The position numbers were made by a program, and so were the translations under genes. Under the pieces are notes generated by a model that was given only the letters and a program-made list of their open reading frames with translations, was not told the DNA's origin and did not search any database. A stretch of DNA of 63,803 nucleotides, the filler included, from Hyphochytrium catenoides (lineage: Eukaryota; Protista; Hyphochytriomycota), in assembly GCA_900088475.1 (NCBI GenBank). It is 5 parts of 5 records of this genome, joined end to end, with 100 filler letters (N's around TTAATTAATTAA, not from the genome) between each part and the next. Parts side by side here need not be neighbours in the genome. Positions count along the whole stretch, not along the records: positions 1 to 24,646 come from FLMG01003680.1; 4 more parts are not named here. The stretch is one strand, 5' to 3'. Shown here piece by piece: positions 1 to 12,620 of this stretch. Each line of letters opens with the position of its first letter. The first letter of the stretch is position 1.

Positions 1-71
1 TACTTGCCATCCGCCAGCACTTCTCTGCCCTCAGGCAGCCAAGAAAGATCCTGAGTCTTCTCCTCCGCCAT
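1..71 (-). CDS. Possible 5' start of a gene running off the window (MAEEKTQDLSWLPEGREVLADG...)
   Basis: ATG at 71-69 in ccATGg context, open to the window edge. Too short to identify. Confidence 0.3.
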   Translation of the reverse strand, partial: MAEEKTQDLSWLPEGREVLADGK

Positions 72-1641
72 GGGTGTTTGCTACTCTAGCAGGAACCTTT
101 CGAGCAATGTTTTAGAAAAAGTTGATAAACTAGTCAAGAGCAGACAGGCTTACCTGTATGGCTGACGCTTATATCCTCTTCTCCCTTGTCCTGTTCTCTC
201 GGACGCTCCTGTCTATCTCTCGATCAGTCTCTGTTATGAAGCTTCAGATCTCTGTTGATCTCCGTCTGAGATTTGCCTACTTTTTTTATTGGGAAAACGT
301 GACTGAAAGGAAATCTCCACCTTTTTCTCTCTCTGTTACTCTGTCTCGCAGCCGGGCTACTCTGTCGCGAGGGCACACCTGCCTAATTACCTTAGAATGA
401 GTAGCTTGTGACACCGCTGTCCGCATCTCTTCACGATTGCTGATTGAACACAAATTTTCTTCCGCAAGATTTCCAAGGTCTTGAATGTCTCTGAAACCCA
501 GGTATCCGGAATCTGGACTTCATAGATTATAATGGCACGCTTCCTTACCCAGATAAGCGCCCAGAAAGCCCAATCAAGGTAGTGGGTTACCCATATTGAA
601 AGTTTCATCTGGTGGAACTACCTCTCCTACCCTCCTGGAACCTCCTGGCCCATCCACCCCTCAAGCCTATCACCTTATCTCCTGACCCACACAAGGGCAG
701 TCCAGGGGGCAGTCACCAATTTCCCTAACTTTTATACAGCTTGTGAAGCTTTCGGAAATATTTCCCGGCTGCTTTGGGTGATTGTGTTCGGTCGTTTCAG
801 GGACAGGAGATGAAGGGACGTGAGAGAGGGAGAGAGAGAGAGAGAGAGNNNNNNNNNNNNNNNNNNNNNNNNNNNNNNNNAGAGAGAGAGAGAGAGAACG
901 AGAGAGAGAGAGAGACCCCTCGAGAGCCAAGTGGAGGGAAGGAGACCAGAACAGTAGGAGGAAGAGATCCAAGGGGAACAGGTGGGGAGAGAGAGGAGAG
1001 ACAGAGAGAGAGAAAGAGAGAGAGAGAAGAGGGAAGAAAGGGGAAAAGGGGGGAAGATCTATGCTGGGTTTCAAGGTAAAGGCAGGTCCTATTCGTCCAC
1101 GCTTGGTGCTGATCATAACAGCCAGCGGCTGGAGATCTATCAGGGAGGAAAGCTAAAGGTCAAAGGTCACCAGTTCGTCTAAGATCGCCCACAGAGAGAG
1201 AGAGAGAGGGAGAGAGAAAACGGGGCGACCGAGAAAGAGAACAGACAGAGGCAGAGGGAGGGGGGAGGAGAGGAGGAGAGAGAGAGAGATAGTAGGGCCC
1301 CGTGGTAGATAGTGCCGAAGGGCCAGCTGCCTCTCCTCAGCAGCGCAACCTCTTTGCTCTTGCTCCGAAGCCTCTTCAGCCTGTCTCATCAGCCCTTTCG
1401 AGCCCTTCTATTTCCCTTCTTTACTCCGCACAAGCAGCCTCCTCATCTGATCTCTCGCACTGAGCTCGCATCAGTCTCTCTCTTCCCTCTCCTGAAGTTA
1501 TAACGGCACAGCAGACCCTCTTCCCTCAACCACCAGCTTCGAGGAGGGGAAGGGACCGAGCTTAAAACAAAAGAAAAGGAGAGACAGAGACAGAGACAGA
1601 GAGAGAGAGCAAGAAGAGAGAGAGCAGAAGGGAACAGAAGG

Positions 1642-2382
1642 ATGTATATCCTGGAGAAGATCTTTCTTTCTTCGTCTCAAGGGCCCCGCGGCGGTGATGA
1701 CTACGAGGCTGTCAATACCACGAGCACCGCGGGAGAGATGGACGCTGAGGCGCGGCATCTGCAGTACCTTCGGACGCTGCAGAGGAGGAACGCGGAGTAT
1801 CGCGTCCCGGCACTGACAAAGGGCAAGTCTCTGCTGCAAAAGTTAAGGTTAGTATTGCTCGTCTCTCTCTCTCGCTCTCTCTCTCTTCTGTCCTTTCCAC
1901 TCTCCCTTGGTGATGGAAGGTCTTAACCTGCCTCTCCCGTTGCCTCTTTCTCTCTTCTCTCTATCTATCTCTCTCACTCTCACTCTGTAAGTCTCTCTTT
2001 CCTGTCGTTGTCTCGTCCAGTCCCAACCCAATCCTGGCCATCTCCCTCTGTGGTAGTCTCTCTTGCCTTTCACTCTCCCTTTTTTTGCTCTACTTTTCTC
2101 CTCGCTTCTCTCCAATTTCAGACGCTCACAGCCCTCTCTCTCTCTCTCTCTGCCTCTCTCCCACTTTTCTTCAGTGTCAAGCTCCTTGGGAATCCGGACT
2201 GGAACTTTTTCCAGGGAATCCCCGAGTCTCTTCCTTTCCGTACCAAGCTGAGAATCAAGCTCAACTCCTCTAAAGGCGGATTGATCTGGGTCAGTACGCT
2301 TCGCCCTTTGTCTTTTATCTCTCTCTTTTTCTCTCCCTGTTACTGTCTGTCTGTCTCTTGTGCTAGCTCGGTCTCCCTTTTG

Positions 2383-2428
<46 letters not shown>

Positions 2429-3213
2429 TCCTTCTCTCTCTTTCTTTCTCACTCTCTCTCTTTCTCTCCTTCTCTGGGGCTGACCTAGAGCTGCTTCTCA
2501 TCTGCTCTCACATACTGTCCCTATTATCTGCTCCACAAGCCACTTCCATGGCGAGAATGTAGTCCGTCTTTCTCCGTCTCTCGCCCCTCATGGTCTGGAA
2601 GTCGGTCACGGTCTTCTGTTCCCTCCGTCCTTAACTTCGTTCATTATTATTGCCAATCCTCTCTCTCTCCGGCAGAGGGCCCTTGCTCTCGACTCCCCTT
2701 GGTAGAAAGCCTGACCAACCACTGTTTGTCTCTCTCATTTCTTCTCTTTCTCTCCCTCCCTCTCATCCTCTCTCTCTCTCTCTTCTTCTTCTTCTTCTTT
2801 CTCCTCATTTGGATCAGGATCTCTTCCAAATCTCTCTCTGCATGATCTCCTGTGGTCTCTATGTGAGCCGCACCTACGGCGCAGAAGGCCCGCAGGAGCT
2901 CGATCTGGCCATCAACATCATGTTCTCCATAGATTTCGTCTTGAGACTCTACTGTTCGGAGAAGAGGTAAGGTCGGCAGCAGGGAGAGAGAGGGGGAGAG
3001 AGAGAGAAAGTGACAAACAGACCAAAGCTGATTGTAAGAACGAGACACTCTCGCACGCACTCTTTCTCTTTGTGAAGTCCTATCTCAAACTTATTATCTC
3101 CATCCCCGTAACCCCTTGTTCTCTGTCTTTCACTTTGTATTTGTAGGGCTTCGCTTTTCTTCTCTCTCTCTCTCTATAGCTCCTTACAATCGCGTTGACA
3201 CCTGTCACTTCTC

Positions 3214-3273
<60 letters not shown>

Positions 3274-4006
3274 CCTCATCCCCACAGACGGCACTTTATC
3301 ATCTCACCGTTTGCCGTAATTGACTATGTGACGATCCTTCCCGTCTTCTACCGCGCCATCACCCAGTCCCGCTCCGAGGGCGTGCTCCTCGGCCTGCAGT
3401 TCCTCAGGTTCACCAGGATCCTCAAGATGATGAAAATATTCTCAGCCATGCAACATACCGCCACCGGTGAGTCGCAGCTCTTCCTCCTCTCCTCCCCCTT
3501 CTCTCTCTCTCTCTGTCTCTCTCTGTCTCCCCGTGTCTTACTCTCTTTCTATCTTCTCTCCTCTCTCTCTCTCTCTCCTCTCCCCGTGTCTCTCCTCTTC
3601 TCGGTCCGTTTCTCCCTCCCTCATCATAGCGTAAACAGCTCTAACTCCCTCCCCTTCTGGTACACCGCTCTTTTCTCTCTCTCTTGTCCACCTTTCTCTC
3701 TCTCTCCTCTCCCTCTCTCTCCTCCCTATTTCTCTCTCCTCTCTATTTCTCTCTCTCTCTCTTTCCCTCTCTCCCCCTCTCCCTCTCTGTCTCTCTCCTC
3801 GCAGCTGCGCAGCGGCAGTTGTTGATCTTGATGATCACGATTGCAAGCTTGATCTTCCTCTCTGCTGGTCTGATCCAGCTGGTGGAGGGACACTACATCA
3901 TCAACGAGCACGGAGAGCAGGAGTTCCAGGCCACGCTCACCTACGGAGACGCCATCTACTATGTCATCGTCACAACGTCCACCGTTGGATATGGAGATAT
4001 CAGGTA

Positions 4007-4037
<31 letters not shown>

Positions 4038-4666
4038 AGAAGAAGAAGCACCTCTTGGCGTTTTTGAGACATTTTCTTGTCCTAGTGGGTTCCATCTTCT
4101 CCAAGGTATCGCTGATCCTGTGCGGCGCTACTGTGCTATGCAGTGCTCATTTCCTCCTTTTTCTTTCTCTCTTCTCTCCGTCCTTTGCAACCCTCTCTCT
4201 CTCTCCTATCTTAGTGGTCTAACCATTTCTTGAATGTTCCTCTTCTCCTTCTTTCTCTCTCGCTCTCTGTCTCTTTCCATTGCTCTCTCTGTCCCTATCT
4301 CTCTCTCTCACTTTCTCTCTCTCTCTCGTTTGCTGTATACCACACACGCTCGCTCTCTCCGTGGGTGTCTGTCACGCACCCTCTCGCTCTTCTTCCTGCA
4401 ATCAAATCTCTCTCTCTCTCTCTCTCTCTTCTCTCCCCTCTCTCCAGTCCAAAGACAGCGCTAGGGAAGCTGGTCGTCTCGAGTATGATCATCACCTCGC
4501 TGGTGGTGGTCCCGACCCAGCTAGCGACGCTGGCGGAGATCTTGAAGATGAGCTCTCCCTTCAGAGTCAAGTACAAGCCCAAATCGGACGGGAGAGAGCA
4601 TCTTCTCATCGTAGGACATGTGACCAACACGGAGATACTGAGGTGAGAGAGAGGGAGAGAGAAGAC

Positions 4667-4704
<38 letters not shown>

Positions 4705-7700
4705 AGGCTACGGACTACGCAGCGATAGATTATTAACAGCAACAGAGCTGCTTTGTCGTGCCTTATGCTGGTTGGACGCTAGGGAGTCCGATCTGGGGGA
4801 GACGAAAAGACCACAAAAGAGAAGAGAACGAGAAAGAGAGAGAGATTAAGATGGAAAAGAAGAGAGTGACAGACAGAGAGAGGGAGAGTAGATAGAAAGA
4901 GAGAACAGTGAGAGAGAGAGGGAGTGAGGCGGACGGGGAGATTCAGAGACAGAGACAGAGCAAAAGAGAGGGCGATAGAGAGAAAGAGGGAATGGGGAAA
5001 ACTCGAGAGGCAGAGAGAGAGAGAGAGAAAGAGAAGGAGAAAAGAAGAGTAAGAGAGCGATTAAGGGAGAGAAGCAAAACGAGTTCGTTAGTTAGACGTT
5101 TCCCCTTCTCACTCTCAATATCTCCTTCTCTCTCTCTCTTCTCAGAGATTTTCTGTTTGAGCTGTACCATCCAGACCGAGACGCAGGAGCCGACGATGGA
5201 GAAGGCGCGGAGGGGCACACTCCTGTTGTCATTATGGGGCCGCATGAGCCGCCTGAGGTCCTGAGGAACCTTCTGGTCACCCCTTTCCTCATAGTAAGTT
5301 AGCCGTTGAGGTGCCAAGTGGAGGAAGAAGAGAAAGGGGAGAGATATTATATTCAAGAGAAAGAGGTCTAGCAGAGAGAGAGAAGTCCAGGCGAGAGAGG
5401 CAGGTCTAGAGGAAACGCAGAGAGAGAGAGAGAGAGAGAGAGAGAAGGGGGGGAAATACCTTAAGGGAGACCAAATGGAAGATGAGAGGAGAGATAGAAT
5501 GTTTCGAAGGCAGAGAGAGAGAGAAGGGGGGAGGCGAAATAACTCAAGTTTTGGGCATATCTCTCTCCCTCTCTCTCTTTCTCTCTTCTCCTATAAATGC
5601 CCAACATGGTTCTCTGGCTGACACCACTCTCTTCCTCCACAGGGGAAGGTCCAATACATCAAGGGCTCGGTCATGTCTGAGGACGACTTGCGCCGCGTCC
5701 GCGCTGACCGTGCGAAGGCTTGCTTCATTCTGACAGACAAGAGCACCAGGAACCCTCAGGAGGAAGACGCGAAGACGACGCTCCGAGCTTTGATGATTGA
5801 GAACTTTAACCCTCGAATGACGACCTTGGTGGAGGTCATTAGAGCAGGAAATAGGCCTTATCTGGAGCAGGTGAGTAAGACAGAGAGAAGAGTGAGAGAG
5901 AGAGAGAGAGATGCTCCCACTATGTGTAGCTAGAGAGCCGATTGACTCCACGCTAGCGATAGGAGAAACACTGTCATATAACTCGCACCCTTCTCGCTAA
6001 TTCCCTCTCCCATTTCTTGCTCCTCAATGGCCTTTCTCTTGCCTCCGTTCTCGTGGCTCTCTTTTGTGTCTCTCTCTCTACCTCTTTCTCTCTCTCCATT
6101 TCTTCTTCCCCTTCTTCTTGTGCTTCTCAGGCTGATGCGGATCACATTGTCTGTGTGGACGAGCTCAAGCTGACAGTGTTCGCGGCCTCTTGCATCTGTC
6201 CCGGAATCTCTACGCTCTTCACGAATCTCATCAAGACAAACTCTGCGCCTAAGGACAATCTTACCCAGCCGGAGATGGTAAGAGTAGGAGAAGAAGAGAG
6301 AAGAAGAGAGAAAATATAGAAGACAGTCAAGGAGAGAGAAAGCAAGTTAGCGCTGACACAAGCAAGGAGAAAGAGAAGGAGAGAGGAGCTAATTCTCAAA
6401 GAAGATAGAGAAGTCTTGGAGCAGAAAGAAGAGAGAAGTTCAGCGGGAATGAGGCTCTCCATCTCTCTCTTTCCTTCACCTTGCTCTTCCCCTGGCCCTA
6501 ATGGACCTATGCTCCCGGTGGCTTCCTTCTCGCTTGTGCCCTCTCTTCTTCTCTCTTTCATTCGTTCTCTCTCTGACCGTCTCACGTGGCTAGGAGTACC
6601 TCTTAGGAAGCGCTCTAGAGGTGTACGTGGTGCAGTCTCCTAGCGTTTTCTATGGAATGAGCTTCCTCGCCGCTGCTGAAGGTAATCATCGCATTTGGAG
6701 CGAGATGGCACACACGCACAGAGAGAGAGACAGAGAGAGAGAGCGAGTGAGTGAGAGAGAGAAAGAGAACGAGAATGAGAGAGTGATAAAAAGAGCTCGC
6801 TCAACGCTGTGAATGGGTTGTCAGTCCTGACCATCTTTCTGGCACCTCATGGAGCTCAAGACGTCTTAGGAGTTTAAGATACCTCGCCATTTCCTCTTAC
6901 GATTTTTCTGCCCTGTTGAACTCTCCCCGAGAGATAATCAGCTCATCTCTACTCTCTCTCTCTCTTTCTCTCCTTTCTCTCCCATTTCAATCTGTCGGTC
7001 CCCAGCCATCTATGAGTGCTTCGAAGGACGAGTTTTTCTCGTCGGAGTAGAGGAAGCGCTGACGGAGAAAGATCTGGAAAGTATCGCCAAGTAAGGGAGA
7101 AAGTCTCCTCAGATGTCCTTCGCCATCGTCTTTTTCTATCTTCTCAATCTCTTTCTAGTCCCCATCACCTCTTCGTCTGTTTGGTCTGGCTCTCTTCTGA
7201 ACCTTATGGTTCCCTTGCTAATGGCCTTTCCTTGCTCTTTCTGTCGCTATTGCGTGGCTCTGGCCTTACCTAGAATAGCTCTACGAGTCCCTCTTTTAGC
7301 GGAAAGACTACCTTCTCTCTCCTTTGAGATAGTCCAGCCATTTATTGTTCTGGTCCTCTACTGGTCTGCTCCTCTAACTTTTCGTCCTTTCTCACTCTCT
7401 CTCGTTCCGTCTCTCTTCGCTTTGGATCTCACTCAACTCTTTTTCTTCCTTAACGGCCACTGCAGGAGCGCTCAGGACTCGCGAGGTCGACTGAGAGAAT
7501 CTTTCTCTCGTCTTCTGGATGAGAGGGACACCAGACCGGCTCCGCTGTATCTGAATCCAGGCGGAGAGTACAAACTCCGTCCCGGCCTCAATCTCTTCGT
7601 CATCTGCGACTCCAGCACCGTCGCAGGTGGAGAGAAAGCAAGCCTTCTCTTCTTTTTGCGCGGTTTCCTCTTTTACTATGTCTTCCCCTCGTATGTATGG

Positions 7701-10700
7701 ACTTTTCCTGATTCCCTTTCTTCTTGGCGGCCCTGGGATCTGACTGAATTCTTGGTTGCTGTTCTCGTCTCTTGAGCCTCTTCCGTTCGGTGGTCCCGCC
7801 AGTCCTCATGTTCAAGTCTCACAGCTCTTCTATGGCCAAACCTCCTGCCTTGACGCTCTCTCTCTCTCTCTCCGTCTAATCTCTCTCTTTCGCTCTTCCC
7901 TTCCATCTCTGTCTCTCTCTTCTCCTCTTCTCCGGTCTAACATCTCCTCAGACAAGGTTCGAAGGGATGAGTCCTACCAGAAATATCTGGCGAGGAAGAA
8001 GCTCTACCCATCAGAGCCGATGGCCCGACAGGACTTCCTTTCTGGCTCTCGGAGCGCAAGTTCAGGAGCTTCCTCATCTTCACTCAGGCGCGTGGTGGAG
8101 CCTTCACAGCTCATCCTGGAGGGTAAGACGATGACACAATTAAATCGTTTTCCATCTTCTCTCTCTCTCTCTGTCTCTCTTTTTTCTTCCCTATCTCTCC
8201 TCCGGACTTTCTGTCAATGTCTCTCTCTCTCTCTCTCCCTCTCTCTCTCTCTCTCGCTCTCGCTCTCTCTCGCTCTTCTCGTTCTTTGTAGTTCTCTTTG
8301 CCGTCATTGGCTCTCTGGTGCTTGTTTAGGAGCTGTTGTCGCTTTCTCCCTCTTGCCCTTGAGCTCCAGGCTTTTCTTCTAACTGCTCCCATCACACGTT
8401 TGGCCCTTGTTTCTCTGGCGGTTGCTGTTTCTAGCGGGAGACACTCGTCTCTCTCACTTCCAGGATCATATCATCGTCATCTGTAGCTTACATGCGTATC
8501 TAAAGGACTTCATCGTGCCGCTGCGGAAGAGATTGTCCAGGTAATTTGAGCTGGGCCGGCACGAGGAGAAGGGAGAAAGGGAGAAAGAGAGTAATGGAAA
8601 GGTAGCTCTTGACAGAGCATCTCTCCGAAAAGTGAAGCTGGATGCCTCCTCTATGAAGACCGCTTCTTGCTCACTTCCTCAGTCTCTCTTCTCTTTATAG
8701 ATACATTCTCTGTCTATCTATCTGTCTCTCTGTGTCTCTCCATCTGTCTCTTGCTCTCCTCATACCTTAACTCTTTGGCTCTCTAACTGTTTCTTTGCTC
8801 CTTTCTCTTTTGCTTCACCGTTCCTTCTGTCCTTTGCACTGTGCATTCTCTCTCATCGGTCTTATTCTCACCGCTTCGACCAGACAAAGCGTCCACCATC
8901 GGAGCATCGTCTTCTTAGGTGTTAACGGAGACGTTGCCGCTGCCACTNNNNNNNNNNNNNNNNNNNNNNNNNNNNNNNNNNNNNNNNNNNNNNNNNNNNN
9001 NNNNNNNNNNNNNNNNNNNNNNNNNNNNNNNNNNNNNNNGGGGCGTCTCGACAAGAAGATTGCTGTCTACCGTCTTCTGCTATCTAACGGCTTCTTCTTC
9101 TCCTCTACCTTTTACTCTACTTGGTGTTCCGCTCTCTCTCTCTCTCTCTCTTTCTCTCTCTAGGTAGAAAACGGGGACCTCTTCCAGCACCTGGAGCTTG
9201 CGGGCTTTAACAGAGTAAGGTCTTTCTACCTTAAGCATTTGAACTTCTCCTTCTGTCCCCAGTGCCGTGGGCCTGCCTAACAATTGGGCTGTGTGTGTCT
9301 CTCCTCTTCTCTCTCTCTCTCTCTCTCTTTCTAACTCTCCTTGTTCCCCCCCTCTTATTCTTCTTACCCCTTTCCCCCTATGTTGGCGTCTACAGGCCCG
9401 GTTCTGCCTCATCCTTGGGGACATTACGGAGAGTGCGGAGGTGGAGGGAGAACAGTTAGATCATCAGACAATCATCCGCTTCCTCATCATCCAAAAGCTC
9501 CTGGACAAGTACGAGGGAACCATGTCACCAGAGTTCAAGCTCTTCGTGGAGTTCTCTAGCCAAAGGTATGACCGTAATGTTTGCCGAAAAGAGAGAGAAA
9601 AAGAAAGCAAGCAAGAAGAGGGGAATATAGGCTAAGATAGAGAAGAGAGAGGGTAGAGAGAGAGAGAGAGAAAGAGGAAAAAAGGGGCGGGGAAAGAGCT
9701 GGGGAGGGAGAGGAGAAAAAGAAGAACCCCAAAATTAAGAGAAGAGATATATATAGAGAGAGAGATAAAAAGAGAATGAGAGAGAGAGAGAGAGAGAGGA
9801 GAGAGGAGAGACTAAGACTGAACATGGGAGGGAATCACATCGGCGGACAGGTTGTCCCGAAATCGCAGAGAAAAGAGAGCAACATTTGAAGACATTCCTC
9901 TTTGTTGATCTTTCTCCTCTCTGATCACGCTCGCTCCTCTTTCCCTTAATTATCATGGCCGAACTAATCTCTCTCCCTTGTCTCCCTCGCTTACCCTTCC
10001 CTCTCAGCACCGTGAGTGTCATGGACAGAACAACCAGAAAGCGTTTGGTTAGCCTCTTTGGAGATTCCAGAGAAGAGTAAGACGACAGAGAGAGAGAGAG
10101 AGAGAGAGAGTTAGTCACCTATATGAGAATAGACTCGAAGGAGTTTATACTACGAGATAAGCAGACAGGAAGAGAGGAGAGAGTGAGAGAGAGAAGAGAA
10201 AGAGAGGAAGAGACCCGGAGAGATGGCAGATGGAACTTGTCTTGTTCTGTCTGTGCAGGTGATGTCTCATGGTTTCTTTCGTATCTCTCCTGCCTTTAGA
10301 AACGTGAAAGCAGAGAGCAGCCTGGTGCGCAACCTCCAGATGTTGAAGCAACATCAGGGGCTCAGGTATCGTAGGCACAACCTTCTCCTTGCTTTCTTGA
10401 AGGGCGTTCTCTCTCTTCTCTCCCTTCTTCTTTCTAGCCATCTTAGTATCACCTACATTCTTCTCTCTTCTTGCATCAACAATAAGTGAACCTTCTCCTG
10501 TCTCTTGCCATGCTCTCACCTCAACAACAGGGAATTCCACCAGGAGATTGATAAAGAGCTGAAGCAGACACAGAGTTTGAAGGCAGGAGTGTCACAGAGA
10601 GATGCAAGAAAGAAGAAAAAGGAGTCTTCCGTGCACTTACCGGTAGGTCCGATGGCCTTCTTGGACCAAGCTCCGTCCAGATCGATCGTCGTCCCTCTCT

Positions 10701-12240
10701 CTCTCTCTCTACCTACTATATATATACAGTTTACTCTTCATTTCGCTTCTTCTATCTCTCTTTCAAGTTCTCTTCTCTCTCTCTTCTCTCTCTCTCTCTC
10801 TCTCTCGGTATCTCTGTCTCCTGGTCTTTCTACCTACTCGGAATTCTTCTCTCCGTCTCCCATCTTTTCCTCCATCGGAAACTCGTATCAATCCCTGGGC
10901 TTCCCTTCAATACCGGCCCGTTCTCCCTTCTTCTTCCCTCCCAAGTTGCGACAGCATTTAACGCTGTCTCTTCTGCTAGTTCCTGGCGGCGGGATATGCC
11001 TTCTCTCCTGACCTCGTGGACTCTCTGCTGTGTCAGACCTACTTCTGTCCAGGTTAGATGGATTGCGTTGGGCAAAATGAACTGAGCGGCTCGTGACAGA
11101 GAGAGAGACAGAGAAAGAGAGACGAAGAGACACTGAAGGGGAACCAGAGGAAGGAGGACCAGGATGGGGAGAAGCGATAGGGGAGAGAAAGTCGGAGGGA
11201 GAGCGAAGTGAAAGAGACAAGAGAGAGAGAGAAAGAGCTTATGTGTCTGAAATCTTCAGCTGAGAGTAGCGCGGTGGCCCTCACCGTGGTGTCTCCTTCA
11301 GATTTATTTCGCTTTGCCAAGCAGTTCCTGATGCTAGAGGATGAGGACTCGAGAGACTCAAGCGGTGTCCCCAACAGCTCTGTCTTCCAGATCCCAGTCC
11401 CCGAGGAGTTTTGGGTATGAGTGTGGCGTCTGTCTTTTCACTGCGGCCACCGTCTCTCCTTCATCCAGCCCGTGCGCCGAACAACATTCTCTGCTCGCAT
11501 CTTCTCTTTCTCTGTGTCTGACTTCCTAAGGAGGCTCTGCATTCTTTGTGGAGACGCGATGGTCTGTCGCTGATTTCTCATCCTTCTCTCTCTTTCCTCT
11601 CCATCTCTTTCTCTCTTCTCATCTCAGAGAAAGGACTTCCAAGTCCTGTTCCGGCACTTCCTCCAACGGCATCAAGCGATCGCACTGGCGCTGTACCGGC
11701 GGCCACCGTCCAATGTCCAGCTTCCTTATGTTTTCACAGGCACGTCGAAGATAACTTCCCATCACGCGGTTGCGTTGGTCTTGCTGTTCCCCGTAGAGTT
11801 CCAGCTTCTTCCTTGCTTTCCTTGCTCCTCCTGGTCCTCGTCCTCTCCCATAGCATATCGTCTATTCTACTCACCCTTTTTTCCCTTCTGCGCCAGGCCC
11901 GTTCATGAACACGGTCGTAGAAGAAGGCGACAAAGTGTTCATCCTCATCCCGCCCACTCATCCGCTGGCCATAGCAGGAAGGGTGGTCGAGAGCAGTCGG
12001 GATCTCAAGCTATCAGGGACGAAGCTTGCGCCACTGGCACTGTCTTCGGCGGCACAAACCTCTCTCTCTGCATCCTCTGCATCTCCGCTGCTCGAAGACA
12101 TGCCTCCGAACCCTTCCGCCAATTCTCAATCTACCGCAGAAGGCCAAGTCTTGCCAGCTGTACCACCTGCTGATGCTCTTCGAGGACCATCGCCGACGCT
12201 GACACCGCCTCTGCCGCCGCCAATGCCAAACTCTTCTTAG
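1642..12240 (+). CDS. Slo/BK-family (RCK-domain) voltage-gated potassium channel, ~24 exons, part of one exon lost in N gap 8948-9038
   Basis: Spliced translation gives S4 FLRFTRILKMMK (exon 3288-3466) and the pore YYVIVTTSTVGYGDI|SPKT (3805-4003/4448-). RCK1 motifs: HLLIVGHV, DFLFELYHPDR, VQYIKGSVMSEDDLRRVRADRAKACFIL, ADHIVCVDELKLTVFAASCICPGISTLFTNL. RCK2 motifs: DHIIVI, FLAAGYAFSPDLVDSLLCQTYF, ALALYR...PYVFTGPFMNTVVEEGDKVFIL. Introns keep frame; stop TAG at 12238-12240. Confidence 0.93.
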
Positions 12241-12445
12241 TTTGTGGTCTGGCAGTACGCCCAAGACGACCGGAGACCGTTGTGGAGAGGAAGGCTAAGA
12301 TAGCATATCAAGAGCAATACAATGAGCCGGATCCTTGGCAAAGCCCTTCACCTAGCGGATGCTATAGCTTTCTTCAGAGAGTAGCTAAGGTAACAGCGCT
12401 AGGTTGGGATGCACCTATAACCAGCGCTCAAGTATATTATTATAA

Positions 12446-12620
12446 GGTCTACAGAGAGCCTAGCTTAGGGCATGATGATCCAACCCCAGCACCACTGCCT
12501 CGCTTTAAGCAGGGATAGTGGCAGGCAACAAGGGGCAGGGCTCCCCAAGGGGGCGGTGTCGATGTAACCTCACTGGAGGCCTCACCACCCATACAGCCAT
12601 CAATAAAAAAAAAAGAAAAA
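12446..12620 (+). repeat. Dispersed SINE-like / retroelement 3'-end repeat, copy A, with A-rich tail
   Basis: Matches the reverse complement of 21856-21983: identical 29-mer atgtaacctcactggaggcctcaccaccc plus an upstream block gagcctagctt..catga.ga.ccaac. Ends in caataaaaaaaaaagaaaaa. Confidence 0.75.

Noticed and set aside
12530-12600. Repeat core as an HDV/hammerhead ribozyme or C/D snoRNA
   Set aside because: Could not build the HDV nested pseudoknot or find the hammerhead CUGAUGA/GAAA core. The C-box-like atgatga is not conserved in copy B.
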